Assembly (NCBI GenBank): GCA_000004985.1
Contig: GG738970.1
Strand: one strand, 5' to 3'
Length of the DNA: 43,883 nt
Origin: Naegleria gruberi
Lineage: Eukaryota
Shown here: piece by piece, positions 7,387-18,200 of the stretch
Layout of the letters: the number at the start of each line of letters is the position of its first letter
Position numbering within the stretch: the first letter of the stretch is position 1
Notes under the pieces: model-generated
Told to the model about the DNA's origin: nothing
Databases searched by the model: none
Seen by the model: the letters and a program-made list of their open reading frames with translations, nothing else
Program-made: the position numbers and the translations under genes

Positions 7387-7964
7387 GATTGGGCAAGTAG
7401 TAAAGGATAACCTTTACTTCTAAATTCTTTTCCACCATAGACATCAGGAACAGGGGCGTCAACTTCTTCTCTGAACACTCTTTGTAGAAAAGCCATTCTA
7501 TTCTTGAATTCAGAGTCAGCTGAATATTGTTCATTAGAAGTTGACAATATCAACTCAAATATATCATCTGAAGATAACTCGTCATTAATTGATTCTCCAG
7601 TGATTGATTGATAGCAATCACGTAGGTACTCTTTCAATGAAATACCTTCAGAATCTCTCTCTCTTTTACCAGTACCGAAATTGTTGTTCGAATCAGATTG
7701 TTTAAGATTAAGAGCATTAGCGAGAGCCGCAGCACCTGAAGATACAAGACCGGAATTTTGGTTTTCAGGGTTGGCGATACGGTCTTGGCTTTGTTGATAT
7801 GTAGTAGTAGAATCACCATCAGCATAAATTCTAGCTGTTGTGTCGGTAGCTGATGAAGATGAATCAGATGGGCTGAATACTTCCACTCTTTGTTTAGGAT
7901 GAGATGGAGATGATACAGCGTGTTGTTTCCTTTGTGGAGTTCCTTTCTTGTTATTACCAGACAT
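7269..7964 (-). CDS. Ser/Thr-rich low-complexity hypothetical protein. The start is probably the ATG at 7964 (MSGNNKKGTPQRKQHAVSSPSHPKQRVE...), and the 3' boundary is uncertain.
   Basis: The track gives an ORF at 7985..7269. The second ATG at 7964 coincides with the start of the duplicated copy at 5187 (aaATGtctggtaataac). The last ~40 codons (7269-7386) are antisense to the RT relic and are probably a chance extension or lie beyond an unrecognised splice. I recognise no family. Confidence 0.4.
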   Translation of the reverse strand: MSGNNKKGTPQRKQHAVSSPSHPKQRVEVFSPSDSSSSATDTTARIYADGDSTTTYQQSQDRIANPENQNSGLVSSGAAALANALNLKQSDSNNNFGTGKRERDSEGISLKEYLRDCYQSITGESINDELSSDDIFELILSTSNEQYSADSEFKNRMAFLQRVFREEVDAPVPDVYGGKEFRSKGYPLLLAQSHIIVQVCKRLRNGNSCFSNGICTFPFSRSKWRPRKSID

Positions 7965-8001
7965 TTCGAATAATTTTTTGAGCATGGAAAATTTTTAACA
8001 A

Positions 8002-8100
8002 CTCGGAATTGAGGTCGCTTATTAAGCATATCGGAATATTTTCACTTTATTTTGTAATTTACAATCGGAAACAAGTCCATTCCTCATATTCAATCGGAAT
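8002..8100. promoter_or_regulatory. Array of four (A)TCGGAAT motifs spaced about 30 bp apart in the divergent intergenic region, upstream of the 7964 minus-strand gene
   Basis: The copies are actcggaatt at 8001, tatcggaatatt at 8029, caatcggaaac at 8062 and caatcggaat at 8091. Similar xTCGGAAT words recur at about 43004 and 43469. Confidence 0.25.
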
Positions 8101-8354
8101 TCAACACTACTAATAAAGAGTTCTTACCAAGAAATCACCGAAAAACTCATGTAAAATGAAGAATGGAAAATCACTTTTAAGGGGTAAATAAATGTAATCT
8201 GAACAGATAAATGAATTTGCGAGGAATTATGATGAAAAGGATGTAGTGAGAATGGGATTTGATAAAGACAGGATGTGTAAAAAACATGATGAGGAGCATG
8301 ATGAAGAATAAAAGGGAAATGATTTTTCTAACATAGATAAATATAATTTTTGTT

Positions 8355-8356
<2 letters not shown>

Positions 8357-8386
<30 letters not shown>
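8357..8386. repeat. (TA)n microsatellite
   Basis: Contains acatatatatatatatatatatatatatatatt. Confidence 0.9.
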
Positions 8387-8388
<2 letters not shown>

Positions 8389-8534
8389 CCCAATAATTTA
8401 TCAAAAAAATAAAATACAAAAAATCAATGCTCATATAACAACAAAATAAATTGTGAAAATGTACAAAAATTATATTCAAACTCAAATTTAGATCGAGAAA
8501 CACACTAAACCACCAAACGGTACTACTAAGATTA

Positions 8535-8941
8535 ATGATGGAGCCTGCTAATAGTTGTTGTGAAGGGAAAATTATTGAGGAGGAGATTCAACAACTAAAT
8601 CACAACGACACTAGTACCTACAAAAAAGCACTGGCTGAAGAAAATAGAACATTCTTGGATCAACATAATGCAAAGTTGGACGATAATACTTTCAATTTTT
8701 GTGTAAACTTTCAAATATGTTTCAAGACTGAACCAACAACCATTAATATTGCAGACACAACAAGGATTTCCAGATTTGATGGCACTTCATCCAATACTCG
8801 AATATTTTCTCTATTCGATCCTTTATTAAACTATTCTAAATTCACAAAAGCTGGAATAGAAAACGAGTGGACATATCAATTCCCACTGACTTGCATTATT
8901 GCAAATGCATGTTTAAGTAACGATCAGCTTTTATTCCAAAC
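8535..8941 (+). CDS. Hypothetical protein, probable exon 1 (MMEPANSCCEGKIIEEEIQQLNHND...CLSNDQLLFQ)
   Basis: The ORF runs from the ATG at 8535 and ends exactly at a consensus fungal donor, GTAAGT, at 8942-8947. The in-frame TAA at 8943-8945 lies inside that GTAAGT. Confidence 0.45.
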
Positions 8942-8976
8942 GTAAGTACTAGTTGTTTAAAACAACAACTTTGAAG
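8942..8976 (+). other. Candidate 35-bp mini-intron (GTAAGT...AAG) joining the 8535 exon to the 8977/8993 exon in frame. The alternative 58-bp intron 8942-8999 has canonical signals but breaks the frame.
   Basis: Exon 1 ends in phase 2 (..caa ac|). Only an acceptor at 8975-8976 gives ...QTDDPFNMVDECLDR in frame. The canonical alternative uses a TTAAC branch at 8988-8992 and a TAG at 8997-8999, and leads to a TGA 11 codons later. Confidence 0.25.
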
Positions 8977-9478
8977 AGATGACCCCTTTAACATGGTAGA
9001 CGAATGTTTGGATCGAGCCCTGAAATTTTGTGACATCCAATCCCATTCTTTCAAGTCATCTTTGAAAAGGGATTGTCATGTAATTGCTTCAGTTGATACC
9101 ACTCTAAATCACATATGCCTTGTTATAGAACACCAAAGAGACAATTGCTCTTCCATTTGGAAACACAAAGACTTTGCAAAAATGCTCTTATTGATGAGAA
9201 CATGTTTGAAATCTTCCATGTTAACAGCTCAAAGAAACAGAAAACATTGCCCAAAGCCACTAAGAACATTTGGAATTTTGTCTTCTAGAGACAACATATT
9301 CATACTCTGCATGCAAGCCGATTTACTTTCAGTTGAGAATGTTCATATCGAGACTTTTGGAATTGAGCACGCATTGACCTCGCATGCATTCTCGTTGAAC
9401 AAAGAAGAGGAAAGAGAACAATTTATCAAGACACTTACAGCTCATTTAGATTATTTCAGAGCTATTTCTCTTGTTGAA
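8977..9478 (+). CDS. Hypothetical protein, probable exon 2 (...MVDECLDRALKFCDIQSHSFKSSLKRDCHVIASVD...AHLDYFRAISLVE), 3' end lost in the gap
   Basis: The frame is open from 8977. It has an internal ATG at 8993 in good context (ttaacATGg) and runs uninterrupted to the N-run at 9479. I recognise no family. Confidence 0.45.
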
Positions 9479-12400
9479 NNNNNNNNNNNNNNNNNNNNNN
9501 NNNNNNNNNNNNNNNNNNNNNNNNNNNNNNNNNNNNNNNNNNNNNNNNNNNNNNNNNNNNNNNNNNNNNNNNNNNNNNNNNNNNNNNNNNNNNNNNNNNN
9601 NNNNNNNNNNNNNNNNNNNNNNNNNNNNNNNNNNNNNNNNNNNNNNNNNNNNNNNNNNNNNNNNNNNNNNNNNNNNNNNNNNNNNNNNNNNNNNNNNNNN
9701 NNNNNNNNNNNNNNNNNNNNNNNNNNNNNNNNNNNNNNNNNNNNNNNNNNNNNNNNNNNNNNNNNNNNNNNNNNNNNNNNNNNNNNNNNNNNNNNNNNNN
9801 NNNNNNNNNNNNNNNNNNNNNNNNNNNNNNNNNNNNNNNNNNNNNNNNNNNNNNNNNNNNNNNNNNNNNNNNNNNNNNNNNNNNNNNNNNNNNNNNNNNN
9901 NNNNNNNNNNNNNNNNNNNNNNNNNNNNNNNNNNNNNNNNNNNNNNNNNNNNNNNNNNNNNNNNNNNNNNNNNNNNNNNNNNNNNNNNNNNNNNNNNNNN
10001 NNNNNNNNNNNNNNNNNNNNNNNNNNNNNNNNNNNNNNNNNNNNNNNNNNNNNNNNNNNNNNNNNNNNNNNNNNNNNNNNNNNNNNNNNNNNNNNNNNNN
10101 NNNNNNNNNNNNNNNNNNNNNNNNNNNNNNNNNNNNNNNNNNNNNNNNNNNNNNNNNNNNNNNNNNNNNNNNNNNNNNNNNNNNNNNNNNNNNNNNNNNN
10201 NNNNNNNNNNNNNNNNNNNNNNNNNNNNNNNNNNNNNNNNNNNNNNNNNNNNNNNNNNNNNNNNNNNNNNNNNNNNNNNNNNNNNNNNNNNNNNNNNNNN
10301 NNNNNNNNNNNNNNNNNNNNNNNNNNNNNNNNNNNNNNNNNNNNNNNNNNNNNNNNNNNNNNNNNNNNNNNNNNNNNNNNNNNNNNNNNNNNNNNNNNNN
10401 NNNNNNNNNNNNNNNNNNNNNNNNNNNNNNNNNNNNNNNNNNNNNNNNNNNNNNNNNNNNNNNNNNNNNNNNNNNNNNNNNNNNNNNNNNNNNNNNNNNN
10501 NNNNNNNNNNNNNNNNNNNNNNNNNNNNNNNNNNNNNNNNNNNNNNNNNNNNNNNNNNNNNNNNNNNNNNNNNNNNNNNNNNNNNNNNNNNNNNNNNNNN
10601 NNNNNNNNNNNNNNNNNNNNNNNNNNNNNNNNNNNNNNNNNNNNNNNNNNNNNNNNNNNNNNNNNNNNNNNNNNNNNNNNNNNNNNNNNNNNNNNNNNNN
10701 NNNNNNNNNNNNNNNNNNNNNNNNNNNNNNNNNNNNNNNNNNNNNNNNNNNNNNNNNNNNNNNNNNNNNNNNNNNNNNNNNNNNNNNNNNNNNNNNNNNN
10801 NNNNNNNNNNNNNNNNNNNNNNNNNNNNNNNNNNNNNNNNNNNNNNNNNNNNNNNNNNNNNNNNNNNNNNNNNNNNNNNNNNNNNNNNNNNNNNNNNNNN
10901 NNNNNNNNNNNNNNNNNNNNNNNNNNNNNNNNNNNNNNNNNNNNNNNNNNNNNNNNNNNNNNNNNNNNNNNNNNNNNNNNNNNNNNNNNNNNNNNNNNNN
11001 NNNNNNNNNNNNNNNNNNNNNNNNNNNNNNNNNNNNNNNNNNNNNNNNNNNNNNNNNNNNNNNNNNNNNNNNNNNNNNNNNNNNNNNNNNNNNNNNNNNN
11101 NNNNNNNNNNNNNNNNNNNNNNNNNNNNNNNNNNNNNNNNNNNNNNNNNNNNNNNNNNNNNNNNNNNNNNNNNNNNNNNNNNNNNNNNNNNNNNNNNNNN
11201 NNNNNNNNNNNNNNNNNNNNNNNNNNNNNNNNNNNNNNNNNNNNNNNNNNNNNNNNNNNNNNNNNNNNNNNNNNNNNNNNNNNNNNNNNNNNNNNNNNNN
11301 NNNNNNNNNNNNNNNNNNNNNNNNNNNNNNNNNNNNNNNNNNNNNNNNNNNNNNNNNNNNNNNNNNNNNNNNNNNNNNNNNNNNNNNNNNNNNNNNNNNN
11401 NNNNNNNNNNNNNNNNNNNNNNNNNNNNNNNNNNNNNNNNNNNNNNNNNNNNNNNNNNNNNNNNNNNNNNNNNNNNNNNNNNNNNNNNNNNNNNNNNNNN
11501 NNNNNNNNNNNNNNNNNNNNNNNNNNNNNNNNNNNNNNNNNNNNNNNNNNNNNNNNNNNNNNNNNNNNNNNNNNNNNNNNNNNNNNNNNNNNNNNNNNNN
11601 NNNNNNNNNNNNNNNNNNNNNNNNNNNNNNNNNNNNNNNNNNNNNNNNNNNNNNNNNNNNNNNNNNNNNNNNNNNNNNNNNNNNNNNNNNNNNNNNNNNN
11701 NNNNNNNNNNNNNNNNNNNNNNNNNNNNNNNNNNNNNNNNNNNNNNNNNNNNNNNNNNNNNNNNNNNNNNNNNNNNNNNNNNNNNNNNNNNNNNNNNNNN
11801 NNNNNNNNNNNNNNNNNNNNNNNNNNNNNNNNNNNNNNNNNNNNNNNNNNNNNNNNNNNNNNNNNNNNNNNNNNNNNNNNNNNNNNNNNNNNNNNNNNNN
11901 NNNNNNNNNNNNNNNNNNNNNNNNNNNNNNNNNNNNNNNNNNNNNNNNNNNNNNNNNNNNNNNNNNNNNNNNNNNNNNNNNNNNNNNNNNNNNNNNNNNN
12001 NNNNNNNNNNNNNNNNNNNNNNNNNNNNNNNNNNNNNNNNNNNNNNNNNNNNNNNNNNNNNNNNNNNNNNNNNNNNNNNNNNNNNNNNNNNNNNNNNNNN
12101 NNNNNNNNNNNNNNNNNNNNNNNNNNNNNNNNNNNNNNNNNNNNNNNNNNNNNNNNNNNNNNNNNNNNNNNNNNNNNNNNNNNNNNNNNNNNNNNNNNNN
12201 NNNNNNNNNNNNNNNNNNNNNNNNNNNNNNNNNNNNNNNNNNNNNNNNNNNNNNNNNNNNNNNNNNNNNNNNNNNNNNNNNNNNNNNNNNNNNNNNNNNN
12301 NNNNNNNNNNNNNNNNNNNNNNNNNNNNNNNNNNNNNNNNNNNNNNNNNNNNNNNNNNNNNNNNNNNNNNNNNNNNNNNNNNNNNNNNNNNNNNNNNNNN

Positions 12401-13976
12401 NNNNNNNNNNNNNNNNNNNNNNNNNNNNNNNNNNNNNNNNNNNNNNNNNNNNNNNNNNNNNNNNNNNNNNNNNNNNNNNNNNNNNNNNNNNNNNNNNNNN
12501 NNNNNNNNNNNNNNNNNNNNNNNNNNNNNNNNNNNNNNNNNNNNNNNNNNNNNNNNNNNNNNNNNNNNNNNNNNNNNNNNNNNNNNNNNNNNNNNNNNNN
12601 NNNNNNNNNNNNNNNNNNNNNNNNNNNNNNNNNNNNNNNNNNNNNNNNNNNNNNNNNNNNNNNNNNNNNNNNNNNNNNNNNNNNNNNNNNNNNNNNNNNN
12701 NNNNNNNNNNNNNNNNNNNNNNNNNNNNNNNNNNNNNNNNNNNNNNNNNNNNNNNNNNNNNNNNNNNNNNNNNNNNNNNNNNNNNNNNNNNNNNNNNNNN
12801 NNNNNNNNNNNNNNNNNNNNNNNNNNNNNNNNNNNNNNNNNNNNNNNNNNNNNNNNNNNNNNNNNNNNNNNNNNNNNNNNNNNNNNNNNNNNNNNNNNNN
12901 NNNNNNNNNNNNNNNNNNNNNNNNNNNNNNNNNNNNNNNNNNNNNNNNNNNNNNNNNNNNNNNNNNNNNNNNNNNNNNNNNNNNNNNNNNNNNNNNNNNN
13001 NNNNNNNNNNNNNNNNNNNNNNNNNNNNNNNNNNNNNNNNNNNNNNNNNNNNNNNNNNNNNNNNNNNNNNNNNNNNNNNNNNNNNNNNNNNNNNNNNNNN
13101 NNNNNNNNNNNNNNNNNNNNNNNNNNNNNNNNNNNNNNNNNNNNNNNNNNNNNNNNNNNNNNNNNNNNNNNNNNNNNNNNNNNNNNNNNNNNNNNNNNNN
13201 NNNNNNNNNNNNNNNNNNNNNNNNNNNNNNNNNNNNNNNNNNNNNNNNNNNNNNNNNNNNNNNNNNNNNNNNNNNNNNNNNNNNNNNNNNNNNNNNNNNN
13301 NNNNNNNNNNNNNNNNNNNNNNNNNNNNNNNNNNNNNNNNNNNNNNNNNNNNNNNNNNNNNNNNNNNNNNNNNNNNNNNNNNNNNNNNNNNNNNNNNNNN
13401 NNNNNNNNNNNNNNNNNNNNNNNNNNNNNNNNNNNNNNNNNNNNNNNNNNNNNNNNNNNNNNNNNNNNNNNNNNNNNNNNNNNNNNNNNNNNNNNNNNNN
13501 NNNNNNNNNNNNNNNNNNNNNNNNNNNNNNNNNNNNNNNNNNNNNNNNNNNNNNNNNNNNNNNNNNNNNNNNNNNNNNNNNNNNNNNNNNNNNNNNNNNN
13601 NNNNNNNNNNNNNNNNNNNNNNNNNNNNNNNNNNNNNNNNNNNNNNNNNNNNNNNNNNNNNNNNNNNNNNNNNNNNNNNNNNNNNNNNNNNNNNNNNNNN
13701 NNNNNNNNNNNNNNNNNNNNNNNNNNNNNNNNNNNNNNNNNNNNNNNNNNNNNNNNNNNNNNNNNNNNNNNNNNNNNNNNNNNNNNNNNNNNNNNNNNNN
13801 NNNNNNNNNNNNNNNNNNNNNNNNNNNNNNNNNNNNNNNNNNNNNNNNNNNNNNNNNNNNNNNNNNNNNNNNNNNNNNNNNNNNNNNNNNNNNNNNNNNN
13901 NNNNNNNNNNNNNNNNNNNNNNNNNNNNNNNNNNNNNNNNNNNNNNNNNNNNNNNNNNNNNNNNNNNNNNNNNNNN
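9479..13976. other. Assembly gap (4498 N)
   Basis: Run of n. The track ORFs 8993..14104 and 9471..13985 are artefacts of translating N. Confidence 0.95.
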
Positions 13977-14784
13977 AAAGGGTGAGCTATTGGCTCCAGT
14001 TGGTTTGTTTGGAGCGAATCTATTCTCAGCTGATTCTAATAATCCACTTTGGAAAAAGCACAGAACATTGGCTAATCCAGTATTCAGTAACAGTTCTCAT
14101 TTAAGGAATGTTTTTAGAGTTACAATGGAGGAATTAGCAAAGATGATTCCATACTGGACTAAATATTATGATTCAGATTCTAATGGAAATATTCGAAATG
14201 TTAACACTACACAAGAGTTGAAGTCTATTACATTAAGCATTATCAATAGAGTTGCATTCGATTTCAATATAGAGATATTTGATAAGAATCCTGAACACAG
14301 AGACGAAGTACATGGTTGGATTTCTGATTTATTAGTTGGTTTATTATACAAGTTTGTATTCCCTGAATGGTTATTCGAATATGTTCCTTTTGGAATTTTC
14401 AAAAGATTTAAAGATGCAAAGAATAGATTCAGAGAGACAGCCATGAAGATGATTCTCAAAAAGACAAAGGAATATGAGAATGCCAATCAAGTGAAAGAAG
14501 ATGAAGATTTACTAAGCTTATTGTTGAAAAGCTCCAATAATGGTAAATTAACAGAGGAAGAACGTTTGACAAATGACGAATTGGTTAGTGCCATTTTCAT
14601 TATTTTCTTTGCTGGATTTGAAACAAGTTCCAATTCTTTGAACTTCATGTTGAGATTGTTGGCAACCAGACCAGAAATACAAGAAAAACTCATTGAAGAA
14701 ATTGATAATGAAATTCCATCCATGGATTCAATCAAATCAAAAGAGAGTTTAATAAACTTAAATATTTTACAACACTCAATTTAG
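13977..14784 (+). CDS. Cytochrome P450, internal fragment (helix C region through the I-helix and EEID). The 5' part is in the gap, and the C-terminal third (ExxR, PERF, heme-binding Cys loop) is not recoverable downstream.
   Basis: The frame is open straight out of the gap. It reads KGELLAPVGLFGANLFSADSNNPLWKKHRTLANPVFS (P450 G.GL...G..W...R...P.F region), then ...DLLSLLLKS...LTNDELVSAIFIIFFAGFETSSNSLNFMLRLLATRPEIQEKLIEEID (the canonical I-helix A/G-G-x-E-T-S motif plus hP.vq.kl.eEid). It stops at a TAG at 14782-14784, where the K-helix is expected. The next in-frame codons read RLFSCKRFPLIKIPVKQ*. The track's first codon, at 13990, is TTG and not a true start. Confidence 0.8.
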
Positions 14785-14996
14785 CGCTTATTTTCTTGTA
14801 AACGTTTCCCGTTAATCAAAATTCCAGTTAAACAATAAAATGATTATCGTCAGTGCTGTCCATATTATTTGACCCATAGCAATACTTTTCTCTAATGAGT
14901 CTTCTTTCTTCTAGTTTCCATGTCCTTTCTACTAATCTATCAATGGAATAAAATGGTATTAAACAAGAGGCTAATGTACATTCTCCTATTATTCTC

Positions 14997-15294
14997 ATGT
15001 TTCAACAGATTTATCAGTTATGTGGTTTAATAGGTTATACTTCAGCTATGAATATGGGACCACTTGCGTTGACTGGAACTTTTCTTGGTTTTGAGTTTGC
15101 TGGTTATTTATTGAGCTTGACCTTGTGGATATATATTCAGGCAGTCATCATCAAAGTTCTTTATGGTGTCTACTTTAATGAAAATCAGGCATGGATGAGA
15201 CATTCGAAAGTTCATTCTATTTGTAAGAAAGTGGTACTAATCTCAACGATCGCTCTGGTTGCATTTTTCAATTCATTGTTGATATTGACCGTCC
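14997..15294 (+). CDS. Possible N-terminus of a multi-pass membrane protein (MFQQIYQLCGLIGYTSAMNMGPLALTGTFLGFEFAGYLLSLTLWIYIQAVIIKVLYGVYF...), continuing into the gap
   Basis: A 99-codon frame opens at an ATG and runs into the N-run. It is very hydrophobic. AT-rich DNA inflates hydrophobic spurious ORFs, so confidence is low. It is not a P450 C-terminus. Confidence 0.3.
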
Positions 15295-18200
15295 NNNNNN
15301 NNNNNNNNNNNNNNNNNNNNNNNNNNNNNNNNNNNNNNNNNNNNNNNNNNNNNNNNNNNNNNNNNNNNNNNNNNNNNNNNNNNNNNNNNNNNNNNNNNNN
15401 NNNNNNNNNNNNNNNNNNNNNNNNNNNNNNNNNNNNNNNNNNNNNNNNNNNNNNNNNNNNNNNNNNNNNNNNNNNNNNNNNNNNNNNNNNNNNNNNNNNN
15501 NNNNNNNNNNNNNNNNNNNNNNNNNNNNNNNNNNNNNNNNNNNNNNNNNNNNNNNNNNNNNNNNNNNNNNNNNNNNNNNNNNNNNNNNNNNNNNNNNNNN
15601 NNNNNNNNNNNNNNNNNNNNNNNNNNNNNNNNNNNNNNNNNNNNNNNNNNNNNNNNNNNNNNNNNNNNNNNNNNNNNNNNNNNNNNNNNNNNNNNNNNNN
15701 NNNNNNNNNNNNNNNNNNNNNNNNNNNNNNNNNNNNNNNNNNNNNNNNNNNNNNNNNNNNNNNNNNNNNNNNNNNNNNNNNNNNNNNNNNNNNNNNNNNN
15801 NNNNNNNNNNNNNNNNNNNNNNNNNNNNNNNNNNNNNNNNNNNNNNNNNNNNNNNNNNNNNNNNNNNNNNNNNNNNNNNNNNNNNNNNNNNNNNNNNNNN
15901 NNNNNNNNNNNNNNNNNNNNNNNNNNNNNNNNNNNNNNNNNNNNNNNNNNNNNNNNNNNNNNNNNNNNNNNNNNNNNNNNNNNNNNNNNNNNNNNNNNNN
16001 NNNNNNNNNNNNNNNNNNNNNNNNNNNNNNNNNNNNNNNNNNNNNNNNNNNNNNNNNNNNNNNNNNNNNNNNNNNNNNNNNNNNNNNNNNNNNNNNNNNN
16101 NNNNNNNNNNNNNNNNNNNNNNNNNNNNNNNNNNNNNNNNNNNNNNNNNNNNNNNNNNNNNNNNNNNNNNNNNNNNNNNNNNNNNNNNNNNNNNNNNNNN
16201 NNNNNNNNNNNNNNNNNNNNNNNNNNNNNNNNNNNNNNNNNNNNNNNNNNNNNNNNNNNNNNNNNNNNNNNNNNNNNNNNNNNNNNNNNNNNNNNNNNNN
16301 NNNNNNNNNNNNNNNNNNNNNNNNNNNNNNNNNNNNNNNNNNNNNNNNNNNNNNNNNNNNNNNNNNNNNNNNNNNNNNNNNNNNNNNNNNNNNNNNNNNN
16401 NNNNNNNNNNNNNNNNNNNNNNNNNNNNNNNNNNNNNNNNNNNNNNNNNNNNNNNNNNNNNNNNNNNNNNNNNNNNNNNNNNNNNNNNNNNNNNNNNNNN
16501 NNNNNNNNNNNNNNNNNNNNNNNNNNNNNNNNNNNNNNNNNNNNNNNNNNNNNNNNNNNNNNNNNNNNNNNNNNNNNNNNNNNNNNNNNNNNNNNNNNNN
16601 NNNNNNNNNNNNNNNNNNNNNNNNNNNNNNNNNNNNNNNNNNNNNNNNNNNNNNNNNNNNNNNNNNNNNNNNNNNNNNNNNNNNNNNNNNNNNNNNNNNN
16701 NNNNNNNNNNNNNNNNNNNNNNNNNNNNNNNNNNNNNNNNNNNNNNNNNNNNNNNNNNNNNNNNNNNNNNNNNNNNNNNNNNNNNNNNNNNNNNNNNNNN
16801 NNNNNNNNNNNNNNNNNNNNNNNNNNNNNNNNNNNNNNNNNNNNNNNNNNNNNNNNNNNNNNNNNNNNNNNNNNNNNNNNNNNNNNNNNNNNNNNNNNNN
16901 NNNNNNNNNNNNNNNNNNNNNNNNNNNNNNNNNNNNNNNNNNNNNNNNNNNNNNNNNNNNNNNNNNNNNNNNNNNNNNNNNNNNNNNNNNNNNNNNNNNN
17001 NNNNNNNNNNNNNNNNNNNNNNNNNNNNNNNNNNNNNNNNNNNNNNNNNNNNNNNNNNNNNNNNNNNNNNNNNNNNNNNNNNNNNNNNNNNNNNNNNNNN
17101 NNNNNNNNNNNNNNNNNNNNNNNNNNNNNNNNNNNNNNNNNNNNNNNNNNNNNNNNNNNNNNNNNNNNNNNNNNNNNNNNNNNNNNNNNNNNNNNNNNNN
17201 NNNNNNNNNNNNNNNNNNNNNNNNNNNNNNNNNNNNNNNNNNNNNNNNNNNNNNNNNNNNNNNNNNNNNNNNNNNNNNNNNNNNNNNNNNNNNNNNNNNN
17301 NNNNNNNNNNNNNNNNNNNNNNNNNNNNNNNNNNNNNNNNNNNNNNNNNNNNNNNNNNNNNNNNNNNNNNNNNNNNNNNNNNNNNNNNNNNNNNNNNNNN
17401 NNNNNNNNNNNNNNNNNNNNNNNNNNNNNNNNNNNNNNNNNNNNNNNNNNNNNNNNNNNNNNNNNNNNNNNNNNNNNNNNNNNNNNNNNNNNNNNNNNNN
17501 NNNNNNNNNNNNNNNNNNNNNNNNNNNNNNNNNNNNNNNNNNNNNNNNNNNNNNNNNNNNNNNNNNNNNNNNNNNNNNNNNNNNNNNNNNNNNNNNNNNN
17601 NNNNNNNNNNNNNNNNNNNNNNNNNNNNNNNNNNNNNNNNNNNNNNNNNNNNNNNNNNNNNNNNNNNNNNNNNNNNNNNNNNNNNNNNNNNNNNNNNNNN
17701 NNNNNNNNNNNNNNNNNNNNNNNNNNNNNNNNNNNNNNNNNNNNNNNNNNNNNNNNNNNNNNNNNNNNNNNNNNNNNNNNNNNNNNNNNNNNNNNNNNNN
17801 NNNNNNNNNNNNNNNNNNNNNNNNNNNNNNNNNNNNNNNNNNNNNNNNNNNNNNNNNNNNNNNNNNNNNNNNNNNNNNNNNNNNNNNNNNNNNNNNNNNN
17901 NNNNNNNNNNNNNNNNNNNNNNNNNNNNNNNNNNNNNNNNNNNNNNNNNNNNNNNNNNNNNNNNNNNNNNNNNNNNNNNNNNNNNNNNNNNNNNNNNNNN
18001 NNNNNNNNNNNNNNNNNNNNNNNNNNNNNNNNNNNNNNNNNNNNNNNNNNNNNNNNNNNNNNNNNNNNNNNNNNNNNNNNNNNNNNNNNNNNNNNNNNNN
18101 NNNNNNNNNNNNNNNNNNNNNNNNNNNNNNNNNNNNNNNNNNNNNNNNNNNNNNNNNNNNNNNNNNNNNNNNNNNNNNNNNNNNNNNNNNNNNNNNNNNN

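Noticed and set aside
6737-7400. ORFs at 6737..6940 (minus) and 6879..7400 (plus, 173 aa)
   Set aside because: The 6879 ORF is the +2 frame alongside the RT frame (6931..7386), which carries the real RT motifs. The 6737 ORF is in AT-rich non-coding sequence.
7634-8029. A minus-strand 131-aa ORF overlapping the Ser-rich gene
   Set aside because: It is an alternative frame of the same region. The 7985/7964 frame is the one whose start is duplicated at 5187.
5511-8386. Considered whether the regularly recurring (TA)n blocks and AT-rich spacers could be a CRISPR-like array or a satellite
   Set aside because: They are simple dinucleotide microsatellites of different lengths, separated by non-repetitive sequence of unequal length. 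The context is eukaryotic, and there are no conserved direct repeats.
8993-14104. The 1703-aa ORF in the track and the overlapping 1504-aa ORF at 9471..13985
   Set aside because: About 4.5 kb of each is a run of N translated as X. The real coding segments are 8977/8993-9478 (a hypothetical gene entering the gap) and 13977-14784 (the P450 fragment leaving the gap). They are in different frames and are unrelated.
14166-14735. Minus-strand ORFs antisense to the P450 fragment
   Set aside because: They are shadow ORFs. The plus-strand frame has unmistakable P450 motifs.
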